The notes below the pieces were generated by a model that did no database searches, was not told the DNA's origin, and saw only the letters and a list, made by a program, of their open reading frames with translations. DNA of 61,265 bases, counting the filler. It is 7 parts of 7 records of this genome, joined end to end, with 100 filler letters (N's around TTAATTAATTAA, not from the genome) between each part and the next. Parts side by side here need not be neighbours in the genome. Positions count along the whole stretch, not along the records: positions 1 to 5,711 come from SRR2962707_5122; positions 5,812 to 15,267 come from SRR2962707_5124; 5 more parts are not named here. One strand, written 5' to 3'. This document shows positions 1-13,338 of the stretch, piece by piece. Every line of letters begins with the position of its first letter. The stretch's first letter is position 1. A program made the position numbers and the translations under genes.

Positions 1-185
1 TTTTTTTTTTTTTTTCTTTGCTTTCATTCGTTCTTTGTTTCTTTATTTCTTTCTTTCCTTCTTTCCTTCTTTGGTTCTTTCTTTCTGAGAGTGTTTCTGT
101 CTTTTTTTTGTCTTTATTTCTGACCCTTGCTTCCTGTACCGCGGTTGGGTTGGGGCAGCGTCTTCACGTTGGTGTGGTGCCAACG

Positions 186-2831
186 ATGCCACACGTGGTT
201 CAACAAAAGAAGAAGGTGTCTGCAGGTCCCCAAAGACGTGCTGCTGCTGCCGCTGCTCCCAGCGGGCAGCGTCAGGTGGTGCAGCCGAAACGTGAGCGAG
301 GTGAGGGCGGCGACGCTTCAGGAGAAGCCCCTCCACGCCCTAGGTTTGTTCCGGGACAAGTCTGCAACGGCCTGCCTTACTTCAAGTTCTGGCCTGCTAC
401 CCGTGAAGACATGCGTGTTGAGGCGGCGACGGTGGCGGAGCAACGGCGGGCAAGGGAGGAGGACACAGAGCGGACGTTTTCAGGCATGCGAGTGGCAAAG
501 AAAAAATCCACCAAGGGTGGCCGTGGGCGCAAGGGCTCGTCGTCTGCGGGGGGAGGCCGGATGCTTTTCAAGACGGATAAGAAGGGGGTGAATCTTGTCT
601 CGGCGCTACTACACGCTCACGGCTTTGCAAGGACCAGCAACAGCAAGGCTGCCCATGTTATTTGGAGTTTCAATCGGCTGCAACCCAGCTTTCACAAGTC
701 TTTGGAGCGTGGCCAAAAAATAAACCAGTTTCCCAAAAGTATGGAAATCACGCGAAAGAGTGCTTTGTCGCAAAATGTGGCGTCCATGCAGCAGCGGTTC
801 CGCGGAGGCCACTTCGACTTCATCCCCAAATCGTTCATCCTTCCACGTGACGCGTCGACTTTCAAAACCTATTTTGCCAAGCATCCAGGAACGCCGTGGA
901 TTGTGAAGCCGGCCGGTGGCGCATGTGGCCGCAACATTTTCATCAGCGACGACGTCCAAGAGATTCTTAACGCGGGCATGTCGGGCACTTACCTCGTGGA
1001 TCAGTACATTGCCAATCCACTGCTCGTGGACGGCCTGAAATTCGATCTGCGAATATACGTCGGGGTTGCATCGTTCTACCCGCTGCGCGTCTATGTGTTT
1101 GAAGATGGGCTTGCGCGGTTTGCGACACAGAAATACTCAACGGACCCTGAGAGCTTTAAGCAGGTGCGCATGGATATACTCAATCTGAATCTTTTGTTTT
1201 GCTTGGGGTTGCTTGTTTCTCTCTTGGGAGTCACCGGCGCAACGAATTTTTTTTAATGCATTGCCGCGTTTTTTGCCAAGGCCTTTATTCATCTGACGAA
1301 TTACAGCGTTAACAAATACTCAGAAAATTTTGTCGCAAACGAAGGTGAAGATTCGGAGGGTGTGGGCACCAAACAAAGCATTTCTGCGTTAATGCCGAAA
1401 CTTGCAGCTCTGGGAGTTGATTGTGCCAAGCTGTGGCGGAGTATCGATGACCTCATCATCAAAACGCTACTATGCATTGAGCCGAAAGTGAAGCAGGAAT
1501 GCGATTTATCCGTCGGCTCTAGTCGCAGCTGTTTCCAGCTGTTTGGATTTGACGTGCTGATTGACGCGGCATTGAAACCCTGGCTTCTCGAGGTGAATTT
1601 CACTCCATCACTGGCAGTGGACGCCCCAATCGACATGCGCATCAAGGGAAATATGCTGGCTGACTTATTTACCATCGCCGGAATTCAGCCCCGTAAAGCT
1701 AGCGCAGGGAACTCCAAAAAGTCCGGAGGGTCTGGAGCTCCAAAAGCTGCTTCAGGACGAGGGATGATTCAGCCGCCGAGGGAGTCAGAGCGCCAAATGC
1801 GATCAGCCGGACTTGATGGAAACTTGACGTCTGTAGAACGGGTTGTTGCCGCTCGCACGGCCGACGAGAACGCACGCGCTGGCGGATTTCGTCGCATTTA
1901 TCCCAACGGGGAAGATGCGTTCTTCTATTCACAGTTTATGGAGCGTGACCGTGTGCTGAACTTTGCCATCACCAACTTTCTGTTCAAACAACGTGTGGAG
2001 GCAGAGCAAGACGCACATGTCGATGCGCTTGCGTTGGGAGTTATGCAGAAGCGATACTGTCGGCATCTTGAGGCGGAAGCTGCCGCTGCTGTGCGTGGTC
2101 GACAGAAGAAAAGCAGGGAAACTGACGTGGGCGACGGTCACTCCTCCACCCGGAATAGACTGACTAGTGCCAGCAGCAGTCGTTCAGGCAGCAGTCGTTC
2201 AGGTGGCAGTCGCGCAAGCACCTTGAGTCGGGATCCCAAGCCTGGGAGGTGGGAGGGTCATGTTGCTGTCGAAAGCAAAAATGAGCAGCCGCAAGATGTG
2301 TATCGAGAAGAATCCGCGCGCAGTGGTGACCGCCTGCACTCTCACACGCCAGAATCAGCAGCAGGTCGGCAATCCGATGATAGTGAGCCTGAGGCGGAGT
2401 TTAAAAGTGACAGCCAGGCGGAAGAAGACGACAGACGAGGGCAAGACGACGCGGGAAATGATTTTGGCAATGAATCGAGTCCTGACGACTCGGCTGGCGA
2501 TTTCTTGAACTACACGCAGTTCGACGACAACGCTGGCAACACTGCAAGTGTAACCGCGCAAGATGAGGACCTTCTCGATCAAGCAGGCTCTGAGAAGGAA
2601 GATATCGCTGCCGGCAGCAGTGGGGCGAAGTTCTGTGGTGTTGATGACGTCGACGCTGAAGCTGCTGACCGCGGCTTCACGCAGTCTGACATGGGAGTTG
2701 GAGATGAGACGGGTGATTATTCCGCTGAGTACGAAACGGAAGAAGAGCAGGACGACGATGAGGAAGAAAGAGACATCACTGATGACGATCTCGAAGATGG
2801 GGAGGCAGGATCGGCCCTCGACAATATGTAA
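186..2831 (+). CDS. Tubulin-tyrosine ligase-like (TTLL4/5-type) polyglutamylase; join(186..1163,1281..2831), ~842 aa
   Basis: Motifs KINQFPKSMEITRK, WIVKPAGGACGRNI, QYIANPLLVDGLKFDLRIYV, EDGLARFAT and FQLFGFDVLIDAALKPWLLEVN. A phase-0 GT..AG intron (1164-1280) restores FIHLTNYSVNK across the junction. Confidence 0.92.
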
Positions 2832-3085
2832 CACCACAACCAGAACGCTGCATCGTACTAGTTCCAAGACACTGTCCTTTCAGATTGTACACTATTTTGG
2901 ACAAAAATGCGCGGTGTGGCTGACCCACTGCGTGCAAAGTCATTGAATTTCCTAAGTATTATGACTACTCCACGATCCACGGCGACATGACACCACCAGC
3001 CGCAACCGCGACGGAATCTTTTGCAACACAGTACGCAAGATCAGAACACAATGAGGCACAGCAGAATGGTTCTTGCGTTGGAGAG

Positions 3086-5571
3086 TTAACACGAAGCACA
3101 AGTCAACCAACCCGCAAGAGGATCTCCCAGAAAGTAATCGAGCTCTGCCGGGGGAGCTTTGGGCATGGCAAAATCGGCCGTGATGTTGACAAGCATGTCG
3201 CGCATGGCTTCGACAACAAGCGGCTCTGCGTGTGCCACGTTGATGGTTTCACCTGGGTCAGTGTCTGGCATAAAAAACGTATAATCTCAAAGCTGTTATG
3301 ACGGAAAAGGCCCTGCAACACGCACAGAGCCACGATGAGTGACTTGAGGCCCAAGTACTTTCAGGGCAATGAACGCACCTAAATTGAACAATTCAACTTG
3401 AGAAAAGTACACTTGGGCAAGCATAGCAAAATCCATGCCACCGTCGCGAACGGACCACCCACTGTTCTCTACAAAACTGTGGACCAAACCAAAAACAGAG
3501 ATGATCAGTTTGAATGATCAAAACAGACCATTCCACTTGTGCAACAAAACCTATTCACGATACGTTTGGTAGCGTACTTGGTATGGAAAATCAACTTCCA
3601 TGGCCACGATATAAGCGCTGACCCTTCGTAGTGCGGGTCATGGTTCAGCAACAAAGTCCGATTAAAGCGCTTCGGTTTCGAGCAATAAGAAAATTGAAGC
3701 TGCCTCAAAGCCTTGTCACTGTGATCCAGTGGCCCACGCAATGGTTGTAGCGCCCCCGATGAGTCTCGCAAATGTGGTCGACTCGGACATGTTGCTCCGT
3801 TCTCCAGGTGCACCCACGCGTCGATGCCATCAAAATTCGTGGTTTCAATCGACGCGGAAAGCGGCTTGCCGTGCACTGCGCGCGGACTTTGTTTGGAGCG
3901 ATGCAAAATTCCCTCAATTGTGGGTCGCCAATCAGCAACGTGGATGGTTTCGACAGAAGTTCGACCGCGCCATTGAGGCGGCAACAATTGCTTGCTTTCA
4001 CTGAATAAAAACGCAGGAACGTGGACCCCACCTTCGTAGAGAGAACCTTTTTCTCCCCGAAAAGGAAAATTGGAAGCGCCACCTTCGCAACCTAAAAGTA
4101 CGGACAAATCACGGGATTAAGTGCTGAAGCTGGCGACTAATGCCGCAATTCTTCACGAGTGTGCACGACCGGCTGACACACGAAGAAACACGCCATTAAT
4201 ACCTGGTGCAAGGTCAGTGACGCAGCCCCCATTGTCGGAGGCAAAAATCAACAGCGTGTTGTCCTCCCACATTCCAAATTCTTTGAATAGTGCGATAACC
4301 CGGCCGATAGTCTCATCCATGTATGTCAGTAGAGCAGCATGTTGCTGTCTCATCCCGGGCACTTCGTACACTGACGAGGACTGCGCTCCACTATTGGTGC
4401 TTGACATTGGGGGGCTCGTGTGCACGCCATCCGATGGTTCGCTAGTCAGTGATGTGTTGCGAAAGCGCCCGTGCTGGCGGTAAAACTCGACATAGGGTCG
4501 GTCCGGAACCTCGTGCGGACTGTGGGGGCTCTGCAAAGCCAACATTAAAAACAATGGCTTGGCAGCGTGATTCTTTGAATGGCCCCTCAGCACTTCTCGC
4601 GCATGGGCGACGTAGAGCTCATGGCTGTGAACCCCAATAGCCGCCTTGTCTGGAGACGTATCAAGATGGTAGTCAAAATACTTGGCTTCGTGTGTAACAT
4701 AGGTTCCTTGCCCGCTGTAGTAGCCATGGAAAGAATCATACCCACGGAAAGTGGGTGTGCGTCGCCATGAATGATAGCCCAGATGCCACTTGCCGAGGAG
4801 GTGAGTCCGATACCCAAACTTCGTCTGAACAAGCAAGTACATGACACAACGTAAACATAGATACAAGGACAGACCAAATGACTCTTGCGCGCACAATGTA
4901 ACAAGCCAACGCAACGTATGACAGCAAGAAAACGCAATGTATCACAGCATGTGCACCTTCAACGACTGAGGCAAAGTTGTCTCATTCAGGTCCATTCCAT
5001 AGACTTGCTCGTCCAAAAGTACAAAGCTCTGCATGCCAAACCTCGCAGGATACCGACCAGTATTCAACGCTGCACGGGACGGAGAGCAAAGGCTTTGCGA
5101 GTAGTAGTTTTGGAGGTACAAGCCCCGAGATGCCAAATCATGCAACACAGGCATGTGCAGTAATGGCTGGTGAATGCTCAAGTCATCATTTCCGAGGTCG
5201 TCGCTGAGAATGAAAAGAATGTGTGGAAGTTGCGGTGTCACTGGAGCCCCGTTTTTTTTTTTTGCTGGGTCCGCAGCTGCTAGTCGGAGCATCGGGTTAC
5301 GAGCAGTTTCATGGTGCGACACATTTTGCTTAGCTTGCTCCAACCGTCGTAGAGACTCTTGAACTTCACGCATACGCTTCAATGTTTCGGCATCCATCGC
5401 TGGCATGTTGTCCAGCCCTGGCGCCAAAACAGCTGCAGCCTGGGCGCGTGTCGGTGGGTGGTGGTCAAGCACGACAGCGGGCCACACTGCGTTCAACAAC
5501 AGCGTTGCTATCACCAACACTCCTGCCATGGCAACTTTGTGGACGGATTTTATACGCCCAAAGCCACACAT
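3086..5571 (-). CDS. Arylsulfatase B-like formylglycine-dependent sulfatase, about 5 exons
   Basis: PHILFILSDDLG, CSPSRAALNTGRY (CxPxR), GKWHLG, SDNGG, NFPFRGEKGSLYEGGVHVP, ELFNL/DTDPGET. Introns at 4825-4956, 4092-4202 and 3265-3378; the junction near 3470-3577 is uncertain. Start at 5571 or 5529; hydrophobic N-terminus. Confidence 0.9.
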
Positions 5572-5682
5572 GGGCGCATGTGCTCAGGAAATCTGGCAAC
5601 ACAGTTGTAGATCCCACGTAATGCGAGGAGGTCAGCCAACTGTCGAACAGAAAACCCACGACCCCGTCACGCGTCTCTGCGG

Positions 5683-5711
5683 CAACAGCAACAGCAGCAG
5701 CAGCAGCAACA
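5683..5711. repeat. (CAA/CAG)n microsatellite at contig end
   Basis: caacagcaacagcagcagcagcagcaaca runs into the gap. Confidence 0.8.
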
Positions 5712-5811
5712 NNNNNNNNNNNNNNNNNNNNNNNNNNNNNNNNNNNNNNNNNNNNTTAATTAATTAANNNNNNNNNNNNNNNNNNNNNNNNNNNNNNNNN
5801 NNNNNNNNNNN
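5712..5811. other. Artificial contig spacer N44-TTAATTAATTAA-N44
   Basis: Six-frame stop linker flanked by 44 N on each side; identical at six places in the window. Confidence 0.99.
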
Positions 5812-6276
5812 CTCCCACACTCCGCACTCACTCACTCACCCTCCCACCCCCCCCACCGCTCACCGTCAGTCAGTCACACCAAGAACAACATGTACCCGAA
5901 CCCACACGGAGCCCCCCGCACGGAGACCGACACAGACTCGAGAACACACCCCACGTCACGTCACGTCACGCGCAACTCCGTGGTGTCGCGCGCACAACTC
6001 GCACTCACAAACATCGTGCTGCTGGTGCACGATCGGAGGAAAGAACTTTCGTGAATTGCACGCAGAACGAGGTGGTTGAAGGCGGAGGGGTGAGTAGGAG
6101 GCCGGCTGCGAGCGGCTTGAGTTTTGAAGGGCCACCAAAAAAAGAAAAAAAACAAAACTCAGAAACAACTTCTTTGTCCGGCACCCGTATTATTGTTGTT
6201 GCGTCTCAGCGAAGACTGAGGATCTGGGAAGTGTAAAGATCTTCCCGACCCTGGCTGTGCCGGGCCCGCGCGCGCG

Positions 6277-9200
6277 ATGTCGTCTGGTCCGCAGGAAATC
6301 ATTGACCTGGCCGATTCGGACAGTGACAGTGACAGCCAAGAGGCCGTTCCAATTGTTGTGCAAGAGTTGCCGTCGAACACGGGTCGCAGTTCTTCGAACG
6401 GCCACAACGATTTGAGTGACAGCCACTTGACAGCGTCCACTTCAAGTCGGATGAGGCCCCGCGGAAGAGGCTCTGGCGACCGTCCCTCGCAGAGCGCCGC
6501 GTCGCATGCACTCGCTGCTGCTATGTTTGGCCGCTCCGCTGACGGTATGACCGGATTTGCTTCAGACGACAGTAACTCTGATGAATATCGGGATTCCGAC
6601 GACGACGATGAATATGACGACGCAATCGGTTTTTATTTTGACGACGATGATTCCGAAGAAGATTCTGACGATGATGATTATAATGACACTGCCGGCGTCA
6701 TTGCTTCTCGTGGTATGCTTGCTTCTCGTGTGCTGGCGCAAGAGGCTGCCCAAACGGCTCGGGAAGAGGCGTGGCAAGGAATAATGCAGGTGCTCAAAGA
6801 CAAAGTGTTGCCTCGAAGAAAGCACGTTCCTGGACTTGACGTGGTGGAGCAAGAAGCTGATGCAATCAAAACCCCCCCATCGTCGATGGTTCGGAGAGTG
6901 CAAAAAGCGATGTCGAAGAGCACCACCGGGAGTGTACCTGGAAACTCCAACCACAAAGATGCACCCGTTTCTTTGCCAATCGAAGCCGTCAGTGCTGATT
7001 TTGTCCGCTTCGAACATACCCCTCAGAAGGGCCGTTCCCACCTGGGAAGTGTCACACACTGCACAACTCTGTTGTTCCAAGGCACTGGAGTTCAAGCTTT
7101 GTTCGACAAGATTTCGACTTGTTTCTACCACCATGACTTGCCAAAACTCAAAGAAACCTTGGAGAGCCTTCCAGACGGTGTGTTTAACACTAGCCATAAG
7201 TCAACTGACGTGTTAACGGTGACTTCAAGGTATGTCGAACGTCGCACGTCAACGACCCCAAGGCGCCTGTTTCTTGTCGCCGACCAATCATTCAGCCGTG
7301 GTGCAAGCAAACGAAAGTTGCGGACGTTTGGGATTATTGCACCAGCCGCCGACCCTGCATCGATTCCGGAGGCCGTCCGAGAGACACGCGCGAACGTGCT
7401 GGAAAGCCATTTATCGAAAGCGTACCGGTATGGCTCGAGATATGACAAGACTTGTGGTCGAGCCGTGATCAGGATTTGTGGGTAAGTGTGCAAGAATAGG
7501 TTGCTGTTGCACGAGTGGAAATTGAGCATGCGTCATCGAGTCGGGTCACTGTCTGCGCAAATTGGTTGTGGTGTGGAGTTTATTGTGCGTGCGTGCGTGC
7601 GTGTGTGTGTGCCTCGCTGTGGTAGAAACCATTTGACGAACGTTTACTTTTACAATTTGTCCGTCGCTGAGCTTGACGAAGCCAAACAGCACTGCAGAGC
7701 AATTAACATGACGGGGAATCTGGTCGAAGATGAAGTTCGTTGCTGCAGTCGTATTGCCCGTTTTGCTTTGAAAGTGTTTTTTTGATTACCATTCCTCATC
7801 TTCATTTTGTTTGTTCAATTGCGCTGCGGTAGCGCTTGGTGTTCGTACAGAACACCAGTTCTGCAACCACAAGCAATGGGAGTGGTCGGAAGGCGAGCCG
7901 GAGGGGTGGAGGTGCTCGCGGTGGAGCACCTCCAAGCTTATCACCTCAGCAAACAAGCTTCATGGTGGAAAGCCCGCTGCTCAAGGATCTTGCCCGCCTC
8001 CAAGACTGTGGCGGAGGCACAGGCCCAGTGCTTGGTCCGGATTGTGATGGAATTTTGAATTACAACAACATCACCAAGGACGAAGAGGCCGCTATTTCTT
8101 CCAAAAAACACGGGCAAGATCTATCAGACAACATCAACTCCCTTCTTGATGATATTGCCTTTCCAGACCCAAGTGCAGTCGTTAGTGTTGATGCTTTGGC
8201 TGCGCCAACGTCTACATCTTCTTCGACCAGCTCGTTGCCACAGCCACATCGTTCCAATCTGTCTCCACCTGCTGAGTCTACGAATTTCCGTCAGCGACAG
8301 CGAGAAATTGAGCTTCTCCTCGAAGGGTACCTGGCTCCCGGGATCAGCCTTAAGCGCTACCAGCTGGAAGGTGTGGCTTGGATGGAGGTATGGGTTGAAC
8401 GGCCTGTTGACCTCATCTGTGATTACGAGACTCAACCGTGCATGGCTGCATGGCTGTCGACCGGTTTGCACCAGAGATCACTTTGTTGATTCGCTTGCTG
8501 CTTTTTGTGTGGGAAGATGCGTGAGCGTGATCCGGCAGACATGAGGTTTCCAAAATTGCACCCCAACTGGAAGCAATGGACCATGCCTTCGGGCGACGAA
8601 TTGTTGTACACAAAACAGTGTGGATTCCATTTTCGTTGCTCAACGCAGTTTCCACTTGCTCCAGCTGCACCTGGGACTTGCGGAGGCTTCTTATGCGATG
8701 AAATGGGTTCGTTGCCGGTTCGGGCTGCGATACCGGTGGACTCAATCAGCTCAACTGGCCTTGCTCGCCAACTCGCCAAGTTGAGCAAGGCTTGCCTCAA
8801 TGCTTTGTTGCTTTTTGGATGCTGTTGTACCAGGATTGGGAAAAACAATCCAAACTTTGGCACTTGCTGCCGTGAACCAACCGCCTCAGGATTGGCTGGA
8901 CTCTCCTTTGTTTCAAAGGGGTGAGGCGAAAGCTATCAATGGTCGGGACATTACGTGGAGCCCTGTTGCCATACGATCAACCCTTATTGTCGCGCCAATG
9001 ACACTTATTGACCAGTGGACAAGTGAAATCGAGAAATTTTTCCAGCCAGGCACTCTCACCTACGCCATTTATCGTCCAAAGAAAGGCATGCACGCCTTTG
9101 CCGCCGAAGGACCTGCGCAACCGGTTAAGGAAACACCGGTCGCAGAGAAAGGGAGCCTGGACACGGGAACTCAGAAGGCTGGGCCTCGACGTGGGCGACG

Positions 9201-12200
9201 CCAACGACGAAGTGTGCAAAAGTTTACGTTTCCTGATCCAGAGACCGAGCCGCGCAAAAGTAGCACAAAATCTGCACCTTTGGCAACTGAAAAGTATTTT
9301 GCTCGCGTGATTGCGATCTCGGAAGGGAACATGCTTGCTGATCCGAGTGGAAATTTCATCTCTGCGGACAAATTAAGGAAACCAGAGGACTTTCCCCAAG
9401 TCATTTTCTGCTCGTACGTTTACATTTTCGCCAGCAACAAGCATAGCTCGTATTTCGCGTTCCTGATTCATCATTTTTTGCCTGCGTGCACGGGTGCTTT
9501 TGACGTGGTCGTGGTCCAGGTACGCAACGCTTCGCGCTGAATTGCGCGGATCAAACGCTTTTGATCCTAGCACGATGCATGGAGACGCGCAAACACTGCC
9601 TGGCAGCACGGGACGGTGCCGGTTGCCAATCCACATGCCGTTAAAGCAGCTCGGATTTTGGAGAGTTTGTTTGGATGAAGCCCAAATGGTAAACAACACA
9701 AATTCTGCCGCAGCAATTGCGGCGTCAGAACTCTGGCGCCGCTATGCTTGGGTGTGTACTGGAACTCCACTCAGTCGATGTTTTGACGAAATCCATGGGC
9801 TTTTGGAATTCCTTGATCACCGACCGTTTGGAAACAAGCATATGTTTCACAGTTTGGTTGCCAAGAATCCTCTGGCTCGTGCATCACTGCTGAAGCATGT
9901 CATGCTTCGTCGCAATAAGAAGCAAGCCTACATCGCGCGGCAACTGGACCTACCTCGATTACGGCGAGTGCAACGGCGTGCACCGTTTGCGGAGACGGAG
10001 CGTGTGTCATATCAACAGCTTCAAAACACGCTGGCAAAGTCTTACGAAGCCGCAAAGAAAGATCGTGAACGCCGAACTGAGGACGGTCCTCAAGCCAACA
10101 AATGGGGCGGCCCGAGAGAAGCTCGTGTTCCCCGTCAAGTTGCAGCTCGACCAACACAGGCCTCAATTGTCCGAAAACGTCAGCGCCTTGCCAAACTCGC
10201 AGCGGACTTAACCCGTCTTCGCCAAGCATGCTGCCACCCGTCTCTCGCCAAGGATTTCCTTGCGTCGGCAACGAGGCGAAAAGTTGCGAGCAACCCACGG
10301 GCCGGAGCCCAAGCCCTGTCCATGACCGAAATCACCCACGTTCTCTTGACAAGAGCACATGCGAAATACGAACTAGCTCTTCGGAAAGAGCTTCGGTGCA
10401 AATTGAACTGCGAGGTTGCATCGCTCATGCATTCGCTGCCACTGGTCCCGCCAGCTTTTCTGGCTCTCACGGGTACCAATTGTGGCCGCCTCCTTCGCCA
10501 GCACGTCAGTACAGACTCTGAGCAAGTCAACCTTTTTTCTGACGACTCCGTTTGCACCCAACCAGCCCCAGAGTTCCTGCTGCCAGCCAATGTCATTGAC
10601 TTCTCGCAAAATGTGCCACCATTGGTCGAAACTACCGAAAAAAAACTCGTGGAGCTGCATTCGACAATGTTGAAGAGGCATGATGAGGTGCGGAACGTTC
10701 GTGCTCGACTGCAGGGCATGCTCAAGGAAGATGACCGTGGAGGTGAGACCTTGAATGCTCACGACAACATTGAGGCCACCAACGCGAACAAAGCATGGGC
10801 CCGGACTCTGAGCCATGCTCAAGCCACCATTGTTTTTCTCTCGAAGTTGCGGCTTGCCTTCGACTCAACAACTCCTGGGCAGGACAAACACTCAGCAGCC
10901 GAATGTGTTGACGCGCTGTGCACAACTTATGATATTGGCACTCTGTACCACCAACACCGCCAGCGCCACGACACACGCAAGCGCAAAACACAAGCTTCAG
11001 CTGTGAACGCTCGGACACCGCACAAGAACTTGGCACCAGCAGCAAGGTTTTCCTTTTACGCACTGAAGCTTGAACGAGCTCGTGCTGCAGCTGGCGTTCC
11101 GCCCGATGTGTTGCTCTACGGTCGTGCCGACCAGCCTCCACAGAAAAAGATCGTGCGGGCCGATTGTGACGCAGCAAGCGCTGAACCGTCCTCGGATGAT
11201 GTGAAGGTGACGGGCATAAAGGTTCACCCTGAGTCATCAAGCGAAACCGGCAGCGTCAGTGTAGTTGCACGGAGCACGCCGCAGGCATCCTTTGTTCCCT
11301 GGCAGGCCGCAGCCGTTTCACGCTTGGCGACTGTAGTTGCCAAGATGGACGATTTCATGGACGAGGAAGGCCGACAATATGTCCGCGGCGCCATCAAGCA
11401 GTTTCTAAAGCAACCGGTAGGTCGAGTAAGATGCTTGCTCTCAGCATCAGGTTCGCTGCACGCGCTCTCGCGGCCTGACCGCTTGCAACAATTGTCTGAT
11501 TTGCGGTTTGTTTGCCTGCTTGCCCGCTTGAAGGAAATGCCAATATCCAGCTTTGTGCGTGACGTTGACAAAGCTGTTGCTTCGTCCGCAAGTACAAAGC
11601 GCGAGTTTGAAGTGAGTCAAAGCCGCATGCAGGCTCACCTTGATCAACAGGGCGAAGCAGCGGATGGCGGAAAAGCAAGCAGCACGTCGGGAGATACCGG
11701 TGTCGCTGACGAAACTGCTGAAGATGACACCGAGCCCGACGATGCAGCCAATGCTTGTCCAATTTGTATGGAAGCCTTTGGCGGAGAAAGTGGCGTCGAA
11801 GACTGGGTCGTGACGACGTGCAGCCACTCGTTTTGCCGCGACTGTGTACAGGTGCAACATTTCACTTTTGATTCAGTGCTTGCATGCTTGTGTACTTGCT
11901 TGTGTTGAATGTTTCTGTTTTGCTTGGTCGAACATTCTGGCAGTGGCATCTTGCTCGGCAGGGCGGACACGCCCCTTGCCCCATCTGTCGCAAGATCATC
12001 AGCAAAAAGGATCTCTTTCAAGTGTCAAACAAAAAAATTGACACATCTGCGACGAATGATGCTGAACAAGCTCAGAAAACCCCAAATAATGAGGGTACTC
12101 GAGGTGAGCTGGACGACGAGAATGTACTGGATCTTTTGACCGAGCAACTTGACCGCCCCGAGGACGACACGGATAAGGCAGAACGAGTATGTCTGCGCCT

Positions 12201-13338
12201 GACCGAAGCGAAGAACATTTTGCTGGTTCTTCCGTTGGTCCTCGCTTGGTGTTCAACGCGATTTACGTGGCATTCGTTTTGTGCAATGCAGGTCGTGGTG
12301 GAGGAAAACGAGCAGCTGCTTACTCGACAGGTACGAGAACTTTAGGCGTCGTTGAGCTCATGCACCGTTGATTTATTTTAAGTTGCTGTTGCAATGACGT
12401 CACTGAATTGCTTTGCTCGTCACAGCTTGAGGCCAGTGGCACGCGAAAATCTATTCTTGAAAAATTCGGGTCCAAAATGTACAGTCTCTTATTTGAAGTA
12501 ATGCTGTCAGCACGCTTGGAGGTATGGCGCCTCCCTTGATGTGTCCCATGACGTGTGTCTTGCGGAATTGACCGGTGTTGCAGTTATGCTTGCTGCTCGC
12601 TGTTCTCAAGGAAAACACTGCACTTTCACCTGTAGGCAGCAGGCGTGATTTCATCGCGAAAAATTGTTGTTTTCAGCGCGTGGGTTGCAGTATTGTCTCT
12701 GTGCGCCTCGATGCTCAATCAAAACGGCATTCCCTCGGCAGTATTTCGTGGCAGTGAAACGTGCAAAACTACTCTTCTTCGCCAATTTCGCCGTCCACTT
12801 GCTGCACACTTGAGGTCTAGTCGTGCAACATTCGTCTCGGAGTCCGAGCCATTGCAAGTTTTGCTCATTCCGTTGTCAACTGGACTTGGTGCTGCTGGGC
12901 TCAACCTCACAAATGCTGCAACAGTTTTGTTTGTGGAGCCACCCCTGAGCGAATCAACAGAAGCACAGGTAGGCACCATATGGTTGTGTGCCGTGTGGAT
13001 GTGTCTCCGAATACGGGATTGTTGTCATTTTTGCCGTGGTGTAGCAAGTCTGTTCTCAACTGTCCCGAAATTGCTGGCTTTTTCGGCAGGCTCTTGCAAG
13101 AATATATCGCATCGGTCAAATGTCCCCTTCGGTTCGCTCCGTCACGCTGCTTGTGGCAGACAGTATCGAAGAACGAGTCCTCCTGATTCGGCGAAAGGAG
13201 CGAGCTGCAGCACTCAAGAAAGTGCAAGGAGAAGTCAGCCAAGATGTGGATGACGAAGGCCAGCCGGAGGAAAGGTTCGGTGGCATGACTGAGTCAGATA
13301 TTGAGTCGCTCATCATTCACCACAGTGTGCGTGAGTGA
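6277..13338 (+). CDS. SNF2-family helicase with RING E3 domain (SHPRH/Rad5-like), multi-exon
   Basis: LKRYQLEGVAWME, GGFLCDEMG/LGKT (intron 8707-8833), STLIVAPMTLIDQW, WRVCLDEAQMV, WVCTGTP, RLRQACCHP, RING CPIC..CSHSFCRDC..CPICR (intron 11852-11943), KIVVFSAW, GAAGLNLTNA, ADSIEERV. Exons join in frame through GT..AG introns. Confidence 0.93.

Noticed and set aside
2176-2211. AGCAGTCGTTCAGG tandem duplication inside the TTLL gene
   Set aside because: In-frame slippage encoding low-complexity SSRSG repeats.
5712-5811. TTAATTAATTAA palindrome recurring six times, as a biological repeat or recombination site
   Set aside because: Always centred in exactly 44+44 N; it is a synthetic six-frame-stop linker.
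6277-13338. Fragmented ORFs as pseudogenes, frameshifts or an alternative genetic code
   Set aside because: The breaks examined are resolved by in-frame GT..AG introns under the standard code.
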